Assembly: GCA_004764695.1 (NCBI GenBank)
Contig: SMSO01000031.1
Coordinates: 4,626,436 to 4,690,435 of the forward strand
Reading direction: 5' to 3'
From: Schizochytrium sp. TIO01
Lineage: Eukaryota; Protista; Bigyra: Labyrinthulomycetes
Length of the DNA stretch: 64,000 nucleotides
Position 1 is the first letter of the stretch, and the number at the start of each line of letters is the position of its first letter. The notes under the pieces are model-generated. The model had not been told where the DNA came from and did not search any database. It saw nothing but the letters and a program-made list of their open reading frames with translations. The position numbers and the translations under genes are program-made. This document shows positions 1-12,988 of the stretch, in pieces.

Positions 1-1764
1 ATCGGCAGACGCTCCCCAACGCCGAGCGGAGCGGTAGCCACCAGCGCCCTTGGCTTTGCGAAGCAAAGATAACAATAGACATCCGGAACGCATTTCAACA
101 GTAACTTCGAGAGTGCGCTCCACTGGCAATTCAATATGCAAGGCCACATCATTACCTTGCGTGACGATGCTAGGGGTATTACGGAATTGTGAAAGAGCCC
201 ATGCTGGGCGTTCAATACGAGTAGAAGATACGGATGCTTCAAGCTCATACAAGAGTTCATCTACGCACAGACCAATTTGATTCAGCCGACTCTCTGCATG
301 AGCAAGAGCACCTAGCAGAAGCACCTTCTCAACATTAAGACTTGAGGGGCACAAACCATCTACGAGCCCTCCCGTGAATTGTGTTCCCTGGAAATCTGAC
401 TCATCGTGACCACTGACCTGAAGCTGGCGGTGACGCAATGAGTTGGCACCGGTGACTAGGGCAGATGCAATACTGGAGCGCGTTACTGAAGTATCGATGG
501 GGGGGTCTAGCTCAACAAAGAGCTGGCCATCCCGTTGCGCGGGATCAAAACAAATACGCAGGGAGCAAGTGTCATCCCAATGGCGCAATTCCACATTTGT
601 CCCGGTGTTGCTTCCTTTGACTTGCAATTTCCCGAATTTCCAATGATTCTCAGTGAGCTCTCGAGCTTGCGCTTCGAGCATTTTGATGCAGACCGAAGCG
701 CAAAAGGTATGAACTACTTCATACACATCACGCAGCGGTGTTGTTGAAGTTAGCAAGCGTTGCTGAAGCACACGCAAGAGGTAAAAAACAGCGGCCTTCT
801 TTGGACGAAAAGCAGCGGAGGCATCACGCGTGTCGATACGCTTTCGTTTCTTCGATGATGTGCCATTTGCATCGGATGAGGATGAATCAGTTCCGTCATA
901 GTCGAGTGTTGCAATCACGGCATCTTCGTCACCGTCATCCTCCTCAAGCTGTCGCGATTGTCTACGCTTCTTCAAGTCGTTACCATGCTTAGTATTATGA
1001 GAGCTAGATTCAGCAGCATCCCCACTGCCATCCCCACTACGAAGCACATTTCCATCCGATATGTTGTTGCTGTTATCTTGGTCAGGTGCAACAATATTCG
1101 ATGTACTCGTGTCTCCGCCCACAAAAATTGCAACGCTCAAGACGACCCATGGTGAATCAAGAGCTGCTCCTGAGAGAGTTAAAACGACTTCGAATTCGTG
1201 TTCAACGCGGCACACTAATGTGCCTTCTTCAACTCGGAAAGTAGTAAACTGTTCAGGCGTCTTTTGGTGCAGTAGCCTCTCCAAAATGTACTGCTGCAGC
1301 TTGCGCAAGGTTTCCGATTCGTCCATCTCAGGCAAACGGTCGTCAAGACGTGGGTTGCCTGAGAGACGAGCAATAGTTCTTGGCAGACGCAAATAGGTTC
1401 CTGTGCTGAGGACATCGACCGCATTAGCGATATCATAGACCGGCGCACGTGCAGTATGCAAAACAATTGCACTTCGACGCAAGGCTGCTACAGTCTCAAA
1501 GACCCGCACCTCGTTCATACCGTAGTCTTGCTGCAGAGCCATGATTTTATCCACTAACTGTCCGCTCTCACAGGCCCATTTGATCAGTACCAGTAGCTTG
1601 GTAAAGCGATGACGCATATGCTTGAGGTACTCGACAATCGCCTTTTTACGCTCTTGATCCTCCAGAACTGCAACAGATCTTGACATAGTTTCGAGATCCT
1701 CATGTGCTGTGAGACAAACTCGCCGCACAATATCGCCTACGGCAACTCTTGGAGTGGCGTCCAT
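1..1764 (-). CDS. MED14: Mediator of RNA polymerase II transcription subunit 14, N-terminal part (runs off the window start)
   Basis: Absent from the ORF track because it has no stop inside the window. Manual translation from ATG 1764 gives MDATPRVAVGDIVRRVCLTAHEDLETMSRSVAVLEDQERKKAIVEYLKHMRHRFTKLLVLIKWA...ARAPVYDIANAVDVLSTGTYLRLPRTI, matching the Med14 N-terminal motifs (erK..i..y....r..f.kLl.lvkW; aR.P.fdi..AiDVLttG.Y.rLP). Confidence 0.88.
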   Translation of the reverse strand, partial: MDATPRVAVGDIVRRVCLTAHEDLETMSRSVAVLEDQERKKAIVEYLKHMRHRFTKLLVLIKWACESGQLVDKIMALQQDYGMNEVRVFETVAALRRSAIVLHTARAPVYDIANAVDVLSTGTYLRLPRTIARLSGNPRLDDRLPEMDESETLRKLQQYILERLLHQKTPEQFTTFRVEEGTLVCRVEHEFEVVLTLSGAALDSPWVVLSVAIFVGGDTSTSNIVAPDQDNSNNISDGNVLRSGDGSGDAAESSSHNTKHGNDLKKRRQSRQLEEDDGDEDAVIATLDYDGTDSSSSDANGTSSKKRKRIDTRDASAAFRPKKAAVFYLLRVLQQRLLTSTTPLRDVYEVVHTFCASVCIKMLEAQARELTENHWKFGKLQVKGSNTGTNVELRHWDDTCSLRICFDPAQRDGQLFVELDPPIDTSVTRSSIASALVTGANSLRHRQLQVSGHDESDFQGTQFTGGLVDGLCPSSLNVEKVLLLGALAHAESRLNQIGLCVDELLYELEASVSSTRIERPAWALSQFRNTPSIVTQGNDVALHIELPVERTLEVTVEMRSGCLLLSLLRKAKGAGGYRSARRWGASAD

Positions 1765-3929
1765 CTTTCGTTACGTATTACTAATATTCCCGCACGCCTC
1801 GTAAGATGATCGCACCTTCAAGATTAAAAGTAAACTAAATACGTACTCCACAAACACCACGTTGTTTTGAAAAACTGTCAGCCGGGCAAATTTTTTATTG
1901 CACGTTCAGGTCAGTGTACCCGTTTCCACTCTCGCTCCCAGGTTGTAAAGACTAGATCTGCTTCAAAGGTCGCCAAGTTAAGATAATCAAGAGTGCTAGA
2001 AGCTACGAAAAGTCTCCACAATGACTTAAACTAGACCTTCCTCTCTGGTTCACCAAAATACACAATCGATCAGCCAAACAGTTTGCACTCTCCAGATCCA
2101 CAGCAGATACAAGTTCAGCCGAAGCCAGCGTCAACCAACTCAGAACAAGCGCTCAGCTATACACTAAGACCAATTGCAGGCTCTCGAAGCTGCCAACGTT
2201 GCAGGGAAAAGTTTCTCCCGCAAGGAGGATGTCTGTGGTGAACTAGGTACTAGAAGCAACGATGGAGTTGGGTTTTGTGCAGCAAAGGCGCTGATACCCA
2301 GGAAGAGAAGTCGAAGAACGAGAAAGAAAAGGAAAGAAAAGGAAATAAGAGAAAGATGGTCGGTCGAGAGACGATGAAGAGGACAGGCGCTGCAGTCAGG
2401 GTCCGAAGGCAGAGGCCCTAAGACGGACCGTTTTGAGATAGAAGCACAAGGAGGCTGCCCGCCAGCGCCGCCTCCAGACACCAACGAGGCGGGGCAAGCG
2501 CTGGCGTGGCCGCGTGTGCAGCCCGCGAGACCGCCAAACGGGATTGAGTCGAGCTTCTTTCTTTCTTTCTATTATCTGTATCATCATTGATCAACATTAT
2601 TTAACCCAAATTAATAAGAGAGATAAGAGAGATATTACATATAACATTATAAACTTCTGCTCAATAGACTCTGCCATACAAAGTAGCGAATACAGAAACA
2701 ATCTACTTACATCTTCAATTTGTTTCATTTATGACTTTGCAATCAATCACTCTTTCTCTCGTCACTTCTTTCTCAATGATATACCATCATATTATGAGAG
2801 CAGCGAAGGAGTATAGTTTAAGGTAGCAAAGGCCTAGTGTCTGCGTGAGTGGTTCGCTTGGTTCTTTTGTAGAGAATACTAGGGGTGTGCCTATTTATAA
2901 CCATAAGAGTGCAGAGAAACGCTGTTTTTTGGTCAGGCTCGAGCAACTTACAGGCTGTGAAATATGGGTAGTCGTGTGCAGTGTATTGGGATGCAAGTTC
3001 AGAATAAGCTACAAGTGGTAGACTCAGAATGTAGAATATAATTATGAATAGCAAGCATCTTACTATGATCCATTAAAATGTCAGCAGCAATCGAATGTGA
3101 ATCAGGCTGTGCACCGAAGTTGCTTTAACTTTTAAAAATGAAGAATCTTGGGCAAATGCGATTTATGCAATGCTCTGTGCAGTACAAATTTTAGTTATAA
3201 CTAGTAACTTTTCATTGTTGTTTCGAAAGTATCAATTTTAATCTAAAGAATGTAAAGGAAGCTTGACCAAGGTAAATGGTTCAGGCCAGGAGCTTGTGGA
3301 TGATCAACTGTAGTAAAAAAACATACACTGTATTTGAGTAAGAAAAGATACATCATGTTCAATCATGTCGATTGATTTTTCATAAGTTAACTCTGGATTG
3401 TCTGTTCAGGCGAATAATTCTCATCAAGTTCTGAAGGATCTTGCTACATACATAGCTATTTCATTTTTTAAACGAGGCCTAATACAACTTATAGTTTTAC
3501 CTCGAGAGTGAATGAGGATGGAAATGGCACCCAAGTCAAGTAGTAGAAGCATCTAGATCCTTTTAATTGTGAAATCGATTGAAACAATTGAAAATGACAT
3601 GTTTAGTTGAAGTAATATGTAGCTGCAAACGAGATAGTGCTTGGTGGCTTGGTAACTTAGCTCCTACTTCGCAACGAGAACCTATAATTCCAATGCCCAG
3701 CGTTTGTTTACTGTGCCAAGTTAGATTGTATTATTCAAAGAACTCATACTGCTTCATAATGATCATGTGGGGTACTCTTCGTTCCTATACAAGGATGCCT
3801 GGTGTTTACCTTGCACTGCATTACAGAGAAAAAGTTGGCGAGTCTTATTAAGAAGAGGCAGCGCCAGTGAATAATATCATTGCTGTGCTTTTCTACAAGA
3901 GACGAAATTCTCTAGTAATGTGCCCTCGC

Positions 3930-4814
3930 TTACTCAAAGTCACCACCATCATCAAAGTCTGCCACGCCACCATCATCACCATCATCATCATCGAGCATAT
4001 TTGCCACCGCAGCAACTCCAACAGCTCCAGCAACTCCGCCAAGAATACCAGCTCCAAGAGCTTTAGCGGTACTGTGGCTAGAAGACTTTTGGTACCCCTG
4101 CTGCTGATAACCATATCCTTGCTGCTGGTATCCCTGCTGCTGATAGCCATATCCTTGCTGAGGGTATCCTTGCTGAGGGTAACCTTGCTGAGGGTAACCT
4201 TGCTGAGGGTAACCAGGCTGACCATAGTTCTGCTGAACAGGGCCAGGGCCATATCCAGGCTGTTGTTGAGGAGGAGGAGGAGGACCCTGTGGACCAGGGC
4301 CATATCCGGGTTGAGGATTGTTATACGGCTGCATACCCATGCCAGGGCCAGGGCCCATGCCAGGGCCAGGACCCATGCCAGGGCCAGGACCCATGCCACC
4401 CTGCTGTTTCTTCTTATTACGGCAGTAGAGAGCAATGCCAGCGATGACCAGTACAACAACAACTACAACGACGACAGCAGCGACGGTTCCACCGCTGCTG
4501 CTCCCTCCCGAACCTGTGCTGTTCGTAGGGGAAATAGTCGGGGCACTGGTGGTGTTTAGCACAGAGCACGGGCAACCGTCAGTTGTGTCACTTGAGTCCA
4601 AGGTGCACATGCTGCCATCAGAGCACTCACATGTGTACTCAGAAGACGCATAGCTTGCAGTTCCGCTGCAGTTGTAAATCTCTTCAAAGCAGGCAGTGCT
4701 CATGGTGGCATACGAAACAGCCGAGTCACAAGTCTGGGCCACGGCCGAGGCAACCATACACGCGCCCAGCATAAGGAGGACCCCCCATCGCTCACGCATC
4801 GTGAGAACCTGCAT
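3930..4814 (-). CDS. Single-pass membrane protein: signal peptide, 8-Cys ectodomain, TM helix, Pro/Gly/Gln/Tyr-rich cytoplasmic tail (paralog 1)
   Basis: 294 aa with a hydrophobic N-terminus ending AVA-Q and the motif C-x12-C-x6-C-x12-CxC-x5-C-x10-CPC. A Ser/Thr/Gly stalk and poly-Val TM are followed by RNKKK, GPGPGM and PQQGY repeats and an acidic end (DFDDGGDFE). Confidence 0.85.
   Translation of the reverse strand: MQVLTMRERWGVLLMLGACMVASAVAQTCDSAVSYATMSTACFEEIYNCSGTASYASSEYTCECSDGSMCTLDSSDTTDGCPCSVLNTTSAPTISPTNSTGSGGSSSGGTVAAVVVVVVVVLVIAGIALYCRNKKKQQGGMGPGPGMGPGPGMGPGPGMGMQPYNNPQPGYGPGPQGPPPPPQQQPGYGPGPVQQNYGQPGYPQQGYPQQGYPQQGYPQQGYGYQQQGYQQQGYGYQQQGYQKSSSHSTAKALGAGILGGVAGAVGVAAVANMLDDDDGDDGGVADFDDGGDFE
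4090..4400 (-). repeat. Coding tandem repeats (15-bp PQQGY units; 18-bp GMGPGP units)
   Basis: Repeated ccttgctgagggta and cccatgccagggccagg units on the + strand. Confidence 0.85.
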
Positions 4815-7800
4815 CTTTTTAGACCCAAGTCAATCTTCGGATCCCCAAAGAGTTTTGGATTTGCCAATCCAACTCACGGCTTTACAACCCATCCATCCCA
4901 TCATGTCAACTGGGCAATACTGGTACTCAATGATGTTCACGACGCCTTAGGTTGTAAGTAGTGATAGCAATTTCCAGCAACGAGAGAGCATATTAGGTGA
5001 GAACCTAGGAAGATGTAGCCCGGTAATTCCATGATAGGGTAGCTAGCAGAAAGCAGATTTGTAAAATCCCAGCAATAACCAAGCCAAGCCAAATGCTGGG
5101 TGCCGCAGGTGCTTTCCCTCCTCCAAGGACCCCCCGCACCCGTCCCTAAGTCCCACTAAAGGAAACACTAAGATTCCCTGCCCAATTTGTTAAAGTTAGA
5201 AAAACAATCTTTAGTAGGTAGGTACCGTGACTACTATTGGTAACAAACAATAAAAGAATGCAAAGAAATAAGAAACAGAGAAGAAACAAAAAGTCTGCGG
5301 CGGCACTACGGCATATCGTAGAGTGAGGGAACCCAATTTCTTTTAACATCTTGTAATCTGTAACAGGGCGCAGTCAAGTTGAAGCGACAGAGATTGCTCG
5401 TACTAGCTGCACGATCACCATGGCAAGTCTTGTGGCAGGTTTTGCGAAGAGTGGATGGCTGCGGTCGGGTTGGACGTGGGTGGTGAGCCTGATGACGGAA
5501 TCATCACGATTGGGTTAATTTTGGGGCGTGCGACCGGATTGAGGAGGACAAAGCTGTAAGACCCTGCCTCTTCCTGTCGGGTGCGTGGCTTACCTACCGT
5601 GGGAATGGCTTGGTGTATATTCTGCCAGAGGGCCTAAGTTGTTGAGAATCATGAATCTTCGAGCGTGGGATTCGGAGGAGCGGATGTGCAGACTTTCAAC
5701 TCGAACTCTAAGTGTTTGCAAGGGTAGTGCCGACATTGGTTCGACTATATACGAGGTTCCCAGGCAAACTTTGAGGTTTACCGGCACGGCAATTGTCTAA
5801 TCTATCCTAGTATGGCTGAATGGAAAACGCGTGACACAACAGGGGTTCTATCTGCAAAGCGCAATGTGATGGGTAAGTGCCATTTAATATTGAGATCGAT
5901 TAAAGGTGCCACGCAATGTGGCAATTGTAGTACCTAGGTACTGCCACGAAGTTGATACGAAGTTAATACGAAGATGATTGAGCTCGTGGCTTATTTTGCT
6001 CTGCCAATGTGTCACCAATTATCATAAATTAAATTGATGATAATAGTGGCGAAGAACGATGGTTTTAGAGGGACCATTAAAAATAAGATCGTCTTGAAAG
6101 ATGGTCAACGTGAATTCGAAATCCAACGGAGAGCACACAGAGCCTCGCAGAGGGAGCTAGCTTCCTTTTAGAGCTCTTTCTAGAGGTGGCAACTTGGTAT
6201 ATAAGCTTTTTTACATCTGAACTTGGCTGGACTTTCTCTCCAACTTAAAGAAGCGTCTCCCGCAAGCAATGAGATGGTAGCAGACTCTTGTTTACTTACT
6301 TACGACTACACACCAGCTCTTATCTGCTTCTAGGTCAACGTTTGCAGCACCAGGCGCTCTCCCAAACTGACAATCTGATATGATGCAGCTACATCTGCGC
6401 CAATGAAAGAAAGGCATTCAGGTCATCACCTTTGATAGTGCTAATGGTGCCACACCTTCAACACGTAGCTGCTCACCTGCACTTTTTAGCACTTACTAGG
6501 TCGTCATTGGCTGCTCGCTTTTGGTGTTTCATCAGCAGCCTTTTTCTGTCTCACTACACACTGGAATCCTAATTAAGATTATTATGCGGGTGCGCACCTT
6601 GCCAACCAGCTAGCTCAATTGCAAGTTGCAGCGACCATCATGACGGCACTACAACTTAGTAATTGGCGATTGGCGTAGACCTGTCACTGGCACGAGCCAG
6701 CGCAAGTTGAAATGGTGGTGCTGACTTCGCTGCGTAGCTGGAATATACTGCCTCCCTAAAGCCACTCGGTAGTTTTCAAGGTCACGATGAGCATCTGAAG
6801 ATGAGCCTTACTGAATGAATATTAGATGAACTTTAGCTAATAAACGTGAAGACTAGGTATTCTTATGTTCGAATGAACAGGTGAATGAATCAGTGACAGC
6901 CTCAACTAGTAGGCTATTGCAAAGGTTGGAGTTGTAATCATGAATTCCAGCTCAGTTACTCCAGCTCCGTAAAAACTTTAGCCGGAAGAAATCATCATGC
7001 TACAAAACTGAAGAAAAGGATAAGAGGCATCAGCATTAGCACCTCTTTAGCGGCATTAGGTATTCATCTATCTAGGTACCTGTTACCAGGCCCTAGCAAG
7101 CATCAGCACGTGCCGCTGGAAGGTTGACCGACTCGCACAACTCAAGTTTGAGGCTTCGACTATAGGTGGGATCGCTTTTTATGGCTTTGCTTTAATGGCA
7201 AAAAGACTGGACGAACTATACTGATCGACTTTTTGCAGCATACAGTTGAGGGTCTTGAAGCCTCTCCTGAGCTTTGACGGGAGTTTTTGCTCAAAGTGGA
7301 CGCCACGTCGCCGGTGGTGGGTGTCGAATGATTTCTTTAAATTACCAGCAAGCGCATTAGCACTTCCTAACCGCTATTAAGGTCAGCTAGATACCATGGT
7401 ATGCTTTTTTGGGGCTTTGGTTCAAGCTTTGGTTAGGTAGAGGAGAGGCACCTGCACACACCGGGAAAAAGCCCTCTTTCGTGAGTCGCGATTGGATGCT
7501 AGATCGACTGATGCGCTGTGCAAAGACTCCAAGTTGAGCAAAGGAGCTAGTGCTAGGCACTTTGATTTACTATTACGATGGAAATATTAACGAGTCGTGA
7601 TGTCAAGCTTGCATCATCACTCAATTAACACCAGCTGATACTGCTGGGTAGGTACATGACTATAATTTGCATTATGTCTATTTAATTGTTATATTGGAGA
7701 ATAATGTGTCAGCTTCATATAAACTACAAGCAGGAGAACATGCGAAGTTAGGATCAATGCAAGCGGCGCGGTTCAATTGATGGGTGATAAAATTTGCTCA

Positions 7801-9523
7801 AAGAAGAACGATGTTTCATTTCGAATAGTTGCTTTGCTACCTGGTGGGAAAGTTAAACCTGCCCAAACGTGACTCTAGTGCGTCGCGTACTCCTCTACGA
7901 CGTTGTGAAAAGGTATGTAAACATGAAGAAAAAATCGTGAAGAATTTGTCTCCAGCTGTGAAAACCTTCTAAAAGACATTAACTAGACTCACAGCATTTA
8001 CAGCAAGTTAAGATACTGAGAAGAGACATTTGTTCTTCATGTCCAATCGAAGTATATCTGAAATGAATCGTTTTGTATTCGAGTGGTATGACCTACGAAG
8101 CGACTACAAGACGCCAAAGGCCGGTGTTGAAAAGTTGAGGGCAAAGTTAAGGCATAGAGTGCAGGAGCTAGGAGCTGAGTTACGAACTCACAGTCAACAG
8201 ATAGCTTAGACTAGCTTACTTGAAGGCATTGACAAAACATTCCCTGGGCAGCATATCCTGCACCAATTTTGCCAAGTCTCGCAAACTTTGATGTGCTAAG
8301 AGGCTTGTGTTTTTCTTCATTCAATGATTATATTATAGCCTTTCATGCGACAATTTCGCGATTCTTTTTTTCATTTCAGGATTACTATACGGGCCCGTAT
8401 GCGGGTGCAGTCTCAACACCAAACCAGCTTTTGACCTTCCCTTGGTCCAATTGAAAAGTCCTTTGAATGGATAACTTTGGTAGCACAGATCTCAACACGG
8501 ATTCTTATTCCTGGTCCAATGGTGAACTATTGAGGCGAAATACCATAGTTAAAAAGAGGTGTAACGGTAAGTTCTTTAAAACAAAACTACTTTAGAATCA
8601 TAGCAAAAAGTAGTTCGCAACATATTGATCCTTTATTGACTCACTTATTCTATGGGTTTAAATAATTGTATTAATCTTGTAGCTTTTGATGTGCGTTTGC
8701 AATTCAGGCGTACTCATACAATATATCTGCCATCTTTCGCATTAAACAACGACAGAGTTTGCATCAAGGTATGAACAGCCATCAGGGCAAACGTTATAAA
8801 CAACGTGACCATATTGTACATATGCTTATAGCCCTAGTAAATTGGGACGTTAGTCTGAGAAGGAGGCTTGAATTTCATTTGAATATCAGTTAAACATACT
8901 GTAAGTCATAGACAAATCAACTGCTATGGTTTGTAGAAAGTAGTATATACAAAATATGTATTGATGTATTGTTGCTATTACTGAGACTTCAAATCGAAGG
9001 AGCGCGTTGGTAATGCGAGGCTGCCCCCTGGCAATTCTATATAAGCTCAAGTGAAAAAAAAGAATGCCTGTATAGCTCAGAGAGAGGCTAGAATTGTCAA
9101 AATTGGCAACACAGTCCCCAACCAATTTGATACTTGGGAAATCACCATTCATTGAGATATATCGAGTTGAACTAAGTTTAGCTCAGGTCGTGCTATGTAA
9201 CATGAATTCAGTCTAGATCAATCGAGAAAGCCAGTTTTCAGGAAGGTAAATCAAATATTCAGAAATCCAACGTCATATGTCTTGTGATGCAATTAAGTGC
9301 CGAAGCAAGGTTCTCATATTTAACTTGTATAGATATTAATTGTACTTTCAGTTTGGTAATGAACCTTGGTAGAAGTTTGCAAATATCAGGGTAGTGCTAA
9401 TAACAAATGTCAACATGCTGAAAGATGCCGTGCAATCACAGGGTTGACATATTTGAAATTCGGTAGTACTAACAAATACAGCAGAGAACAGTGAGAACTG
9501 AAAAGTACTGGCATTTTGCAATG

Positions 9524-10252
9524 TTATACGCCGCCGCCACCGCCGCCGCCTCCATCTCCTCCTCCGCCACAACCACCACCGCCACCCCCACTATCACCAT
9601 ACCCACCTCCTCCAGGTGCTACACCAACACCATAGCCATGCACATACCACGCAGGATTGCTATGATTGTTACCCATAGCTTGATTTTGACTTTGGTTGCT
9701 CAAACAATATCTTTGGCAACCCCAGCATAACAAAAGTATAAAGCAGAGCGGGACGACAACCAAAACCGCGAGCTTCGATGAACCCAAAAGCTCCCACAGA
9801 CCGTCGTCTTCGTCGCCGTTTGAGGAACGAGTAGGGTATGGAGTCGGGAATGGCGTCGGTGCACGTGTCAACGTGCAAGGGCAATTATATGTTGAGTTGT
9901 CATAGGCCATCGCACAAATTGAGTTATCAACACAAAAGCATGTGAAAAGACCTTCTTCTTCATACGTAACGTTAGTGAAACAAAAGTTCAATTCTCCAAA
10001 GCATTCGATGGTTAATTCATAGAATCCCATTCCATCTTCACAAGTCTCTTGCCCCATGATGCCCTGATACAAAGCTACGAACCCAACACTTGGCAAGAAC
10101 TGTGTTGTTAAACGCAACGTGGACTAGCTTCGTAACAGAGAACAAGCACCGTAGGGTAACACAGTTGTCAAACCTGCCAATGGTGTATTGCAGGTTTGCA
10201 CTTGGGTTGAGGAGACTACTTCAGAGCATACATGCACTCCTTTCGATACCAT
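9524..10252 (-). CDS. Single-pass membrane protein with 8-Cys ectodomain and Gly-rich tail (paralog 2); 5' end probably spliced
   Basis: ORF 9524-10117 has C-x12-C-x6-C-x13-CxC-x5-C-x10-CPC, a PTPFPTPYPT stalk, TM LAVLVVVPLCFILLLCWGC and a poly-Gly tail. An in-frame ATG at 10252 is separated from it by TAG at 10126-10124, which can serve as a splice acceptor. The start is uncertain. Confidence 0.72.
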
Positions 10253-12988
10253 GGTGCGTAATGAAATATCTACTATTATCTTAGTACGCCAATCTTCCTA
10301 TTTGTGCCGTCCATGGCCCTAGAGGGCCATAGACGGCCAAACGTGTGCATTTGCTTGTATTATAGGGAAGTACTAGGTACCTACTTACCAGGTAATAATA
10401 GCCTTTAGACGAAGATGATTTTCGATTTGATAACTCATCAATACTAATTTTATATGGTATGTTTTGTCCCATGGCCAAGGGTTGATAGGAGTAGCTCTTG
10501 GCTAGTGAGACTGCATGCGAATGCCATGAAGTCTCCTCCAGAAATCTCTTTCAGCTTTTGATATATTTCAGGTCAAATATAAAGTATGGACATACTATCA
10601 GGAGACTCCCGAGAACATGGACAAAAATGAATGTACTAGTTTCTATTCAAAATAGCACTTTCTTTCGGTATGGCTGTACAAGATATTCAGCATGATCTCA
10701 GCAGATAAGCATATTTATTTGCATAGAGAGGAAAAAATTGCTGATCGAAGAAACAAAAAACTTGGGAATTCTTTTCATTTGAGTAAAACTAGTGTTTATT
10801 GCAGCAGAAACTGTACATGTTTGCTAGCATTGCCCAGATATACTCAGATGACTACTAGGATTCTTCATATTTTCCAAAATGATTCATAATTCATCTCTTG
10901 TTATATAAACGTAAGAGTCGGTTCGCGTCACAGTGTGCTTAAGCATAAAAACTACTTTACTCGTAAATCATAGTGCTTGTGTGATGCTTGTTACACACAT
11001 TCCAAACTTTTGAAACTGGAACGAGCACAAACGGTTGACCAGAAAAGATGTTTTGATTCAAAGCTGCTCAAAGCTGCTTGACCGAGGCTGGTGATTGTGC
11101 AGAATATCGTTGTACTATAAAGGCTAAGGTAGCGCTAGATCTAGTCATAACGCTGTTCAATGATGCACCCGTCCCTTTATTTTTATTATTAAATACATGT
11201 AGGCACTATTTTAAAAGCGCAACCATTAACGACGGATAGTTGGGCTCTGAAATGGAGTGTGGTTACTTACACAGATGCAAATTCTCAAGCACGTAAATGC
11301 AATTACAGTATCCTAAGTGCTTTGACAGCACCTCTGCAACACAGCGATGAACGATGCTAATACTGCTTATGGTTCTGTTTGAAGGAGAAGAGGTGTTTTT
11401 GAATAGATTTGAATTCATTTTATTACTGGACGAAAACTCAATAATGCTGCACGAGAAATAAATACTGATTCATAACAGAAGAAAGCAACACATTTACAAA
11501 TGTTTACTCTTCACCATTCCTGAGGTCATTTATTAACTCTACTCTCCAATTGATGTAAAGACTTTAGACTAGTAATGTTTCTTCTGTTAATTTTACAGCA
11601 TCTCTTTACACTCAAAGATACACTTTAGTTTCTCTTCTTAGTAGTTATGGAATTCCAACTTAACGCATTAAGGAATCCTTTGCATGTAAAGGCTGGTCAA
11701 CGAGTTTTGTCTTACCTACATTCATTAGGGATCTCAGCAAGACTTGACAATGGCACAAAGAGGTGGTGGGGATGGTGCTAAGAGAAAATATAGTTGCAAC
11801 GACATGGCTTTTCCTAATTTTTAATATTTATATCTCGTGCGAATGTCTGCTCGTGTTTCATTTTGGCTCAAATATAAATTGAGTGCCTCTTTTCCTTCAA
11901 ATCAGGCACTATTAGACTAGGTGAGCTAATTGCTTCAATCCATATTACCCGTTATTATGGTACTAGGTTTAAGACAAGCTTTAGTTTGGAGTAATTTAGT
12001 ATGAATTTTGGTGCATACAGCTTCGTTAGTATCTTCCAAAATGACTGGATACACATTTCAATAGTTTGAAAAGGCCAAGTTATGATTCCTTTCACATTGG
12101 TAGCGGGTAATCATTGAGGTTTCTAATCAAACAATACATCTTGGTAACAAATGTTCTTATATTTCAGTGCATAACGCTTAATATTATGAATGCAGATAAT
12201 TGGGGTATTCACTCATCAAAAGGCTACCTTTATGTTTTCCCAGGCGGGTGCTCTCAGTTCCCCGCTGGAACTTGGTGAGCGAGTGAAAAATCTTGATTGA
12301 GTAGTATGAGTAATTCGTTGTAAATTGTTGCTTCTTCCAAAACAGTTCATACATGGCCTGTACTATTTAAGAGTACATTTAATCTGGTATCTACCTGAAA
12401 TGCACACCATGATTTTTTTCTATTCTGTCGTTCGACCACAACCTTACATCTCGTATGAGCAGCATCCTTTGGCCCTGTGGCCCTGCTAATTTCTAGGACT
12501 ATCTCAAGATATTACACACTTCAAGGTGCCAGTACCCAAGGGCTGAGATCTCGGAATAGATTCGTTTACCATTCAGAGGAGTTAGGTTTGAGAAAGCAAA
12601 CATAGTAGCAATTTTCAGCTCAGGAAGAATAGAAGGTTACAGTTTCAATGTTTCTTGATATGCCAGACGTTGGGATAAGCCCAGGTTTGTATATATACGC
12701 ACTGATCATAACAAATTAGTCAACGCCATTTCCATTGACCCTTTTTGAATAAATCCGTGAGAAGATAGGTAGATAGTATTTACAAGTACGGAAAATAATA
12801 TTTCAACAAATATTTTCTCGATGACAAACGAAAATGCTGTGAATTATAAGTAAAAGCAATATCTTGGTTCGGCAGCTCGAGTTAGTCATTTCAAACCCAG
12901 AACAGGGTGCTCAGTTGGTCTGGGAAGTGTTGTCAATCAGGAAATAGATCGACATCTGAAATTTTACACTTAACGTAGTGAAGCAACC

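Noticed and set aside
3867-4559. 230-aa + strand ORF and 189-aa alternative-frame ORF over paralog 1
   Set aside because: Shadow frames of the tandem-repeat coding region. The 294-aa frame has the coherent signal/Cys/TM architecture.
6400-6580. Minus-strand AGEQLRVEGV(G)TIS resembling a copia protease-adjacent motif
   Set aside because: Too short, needs a frameshift, and no integrase, RT or LTR was seen.
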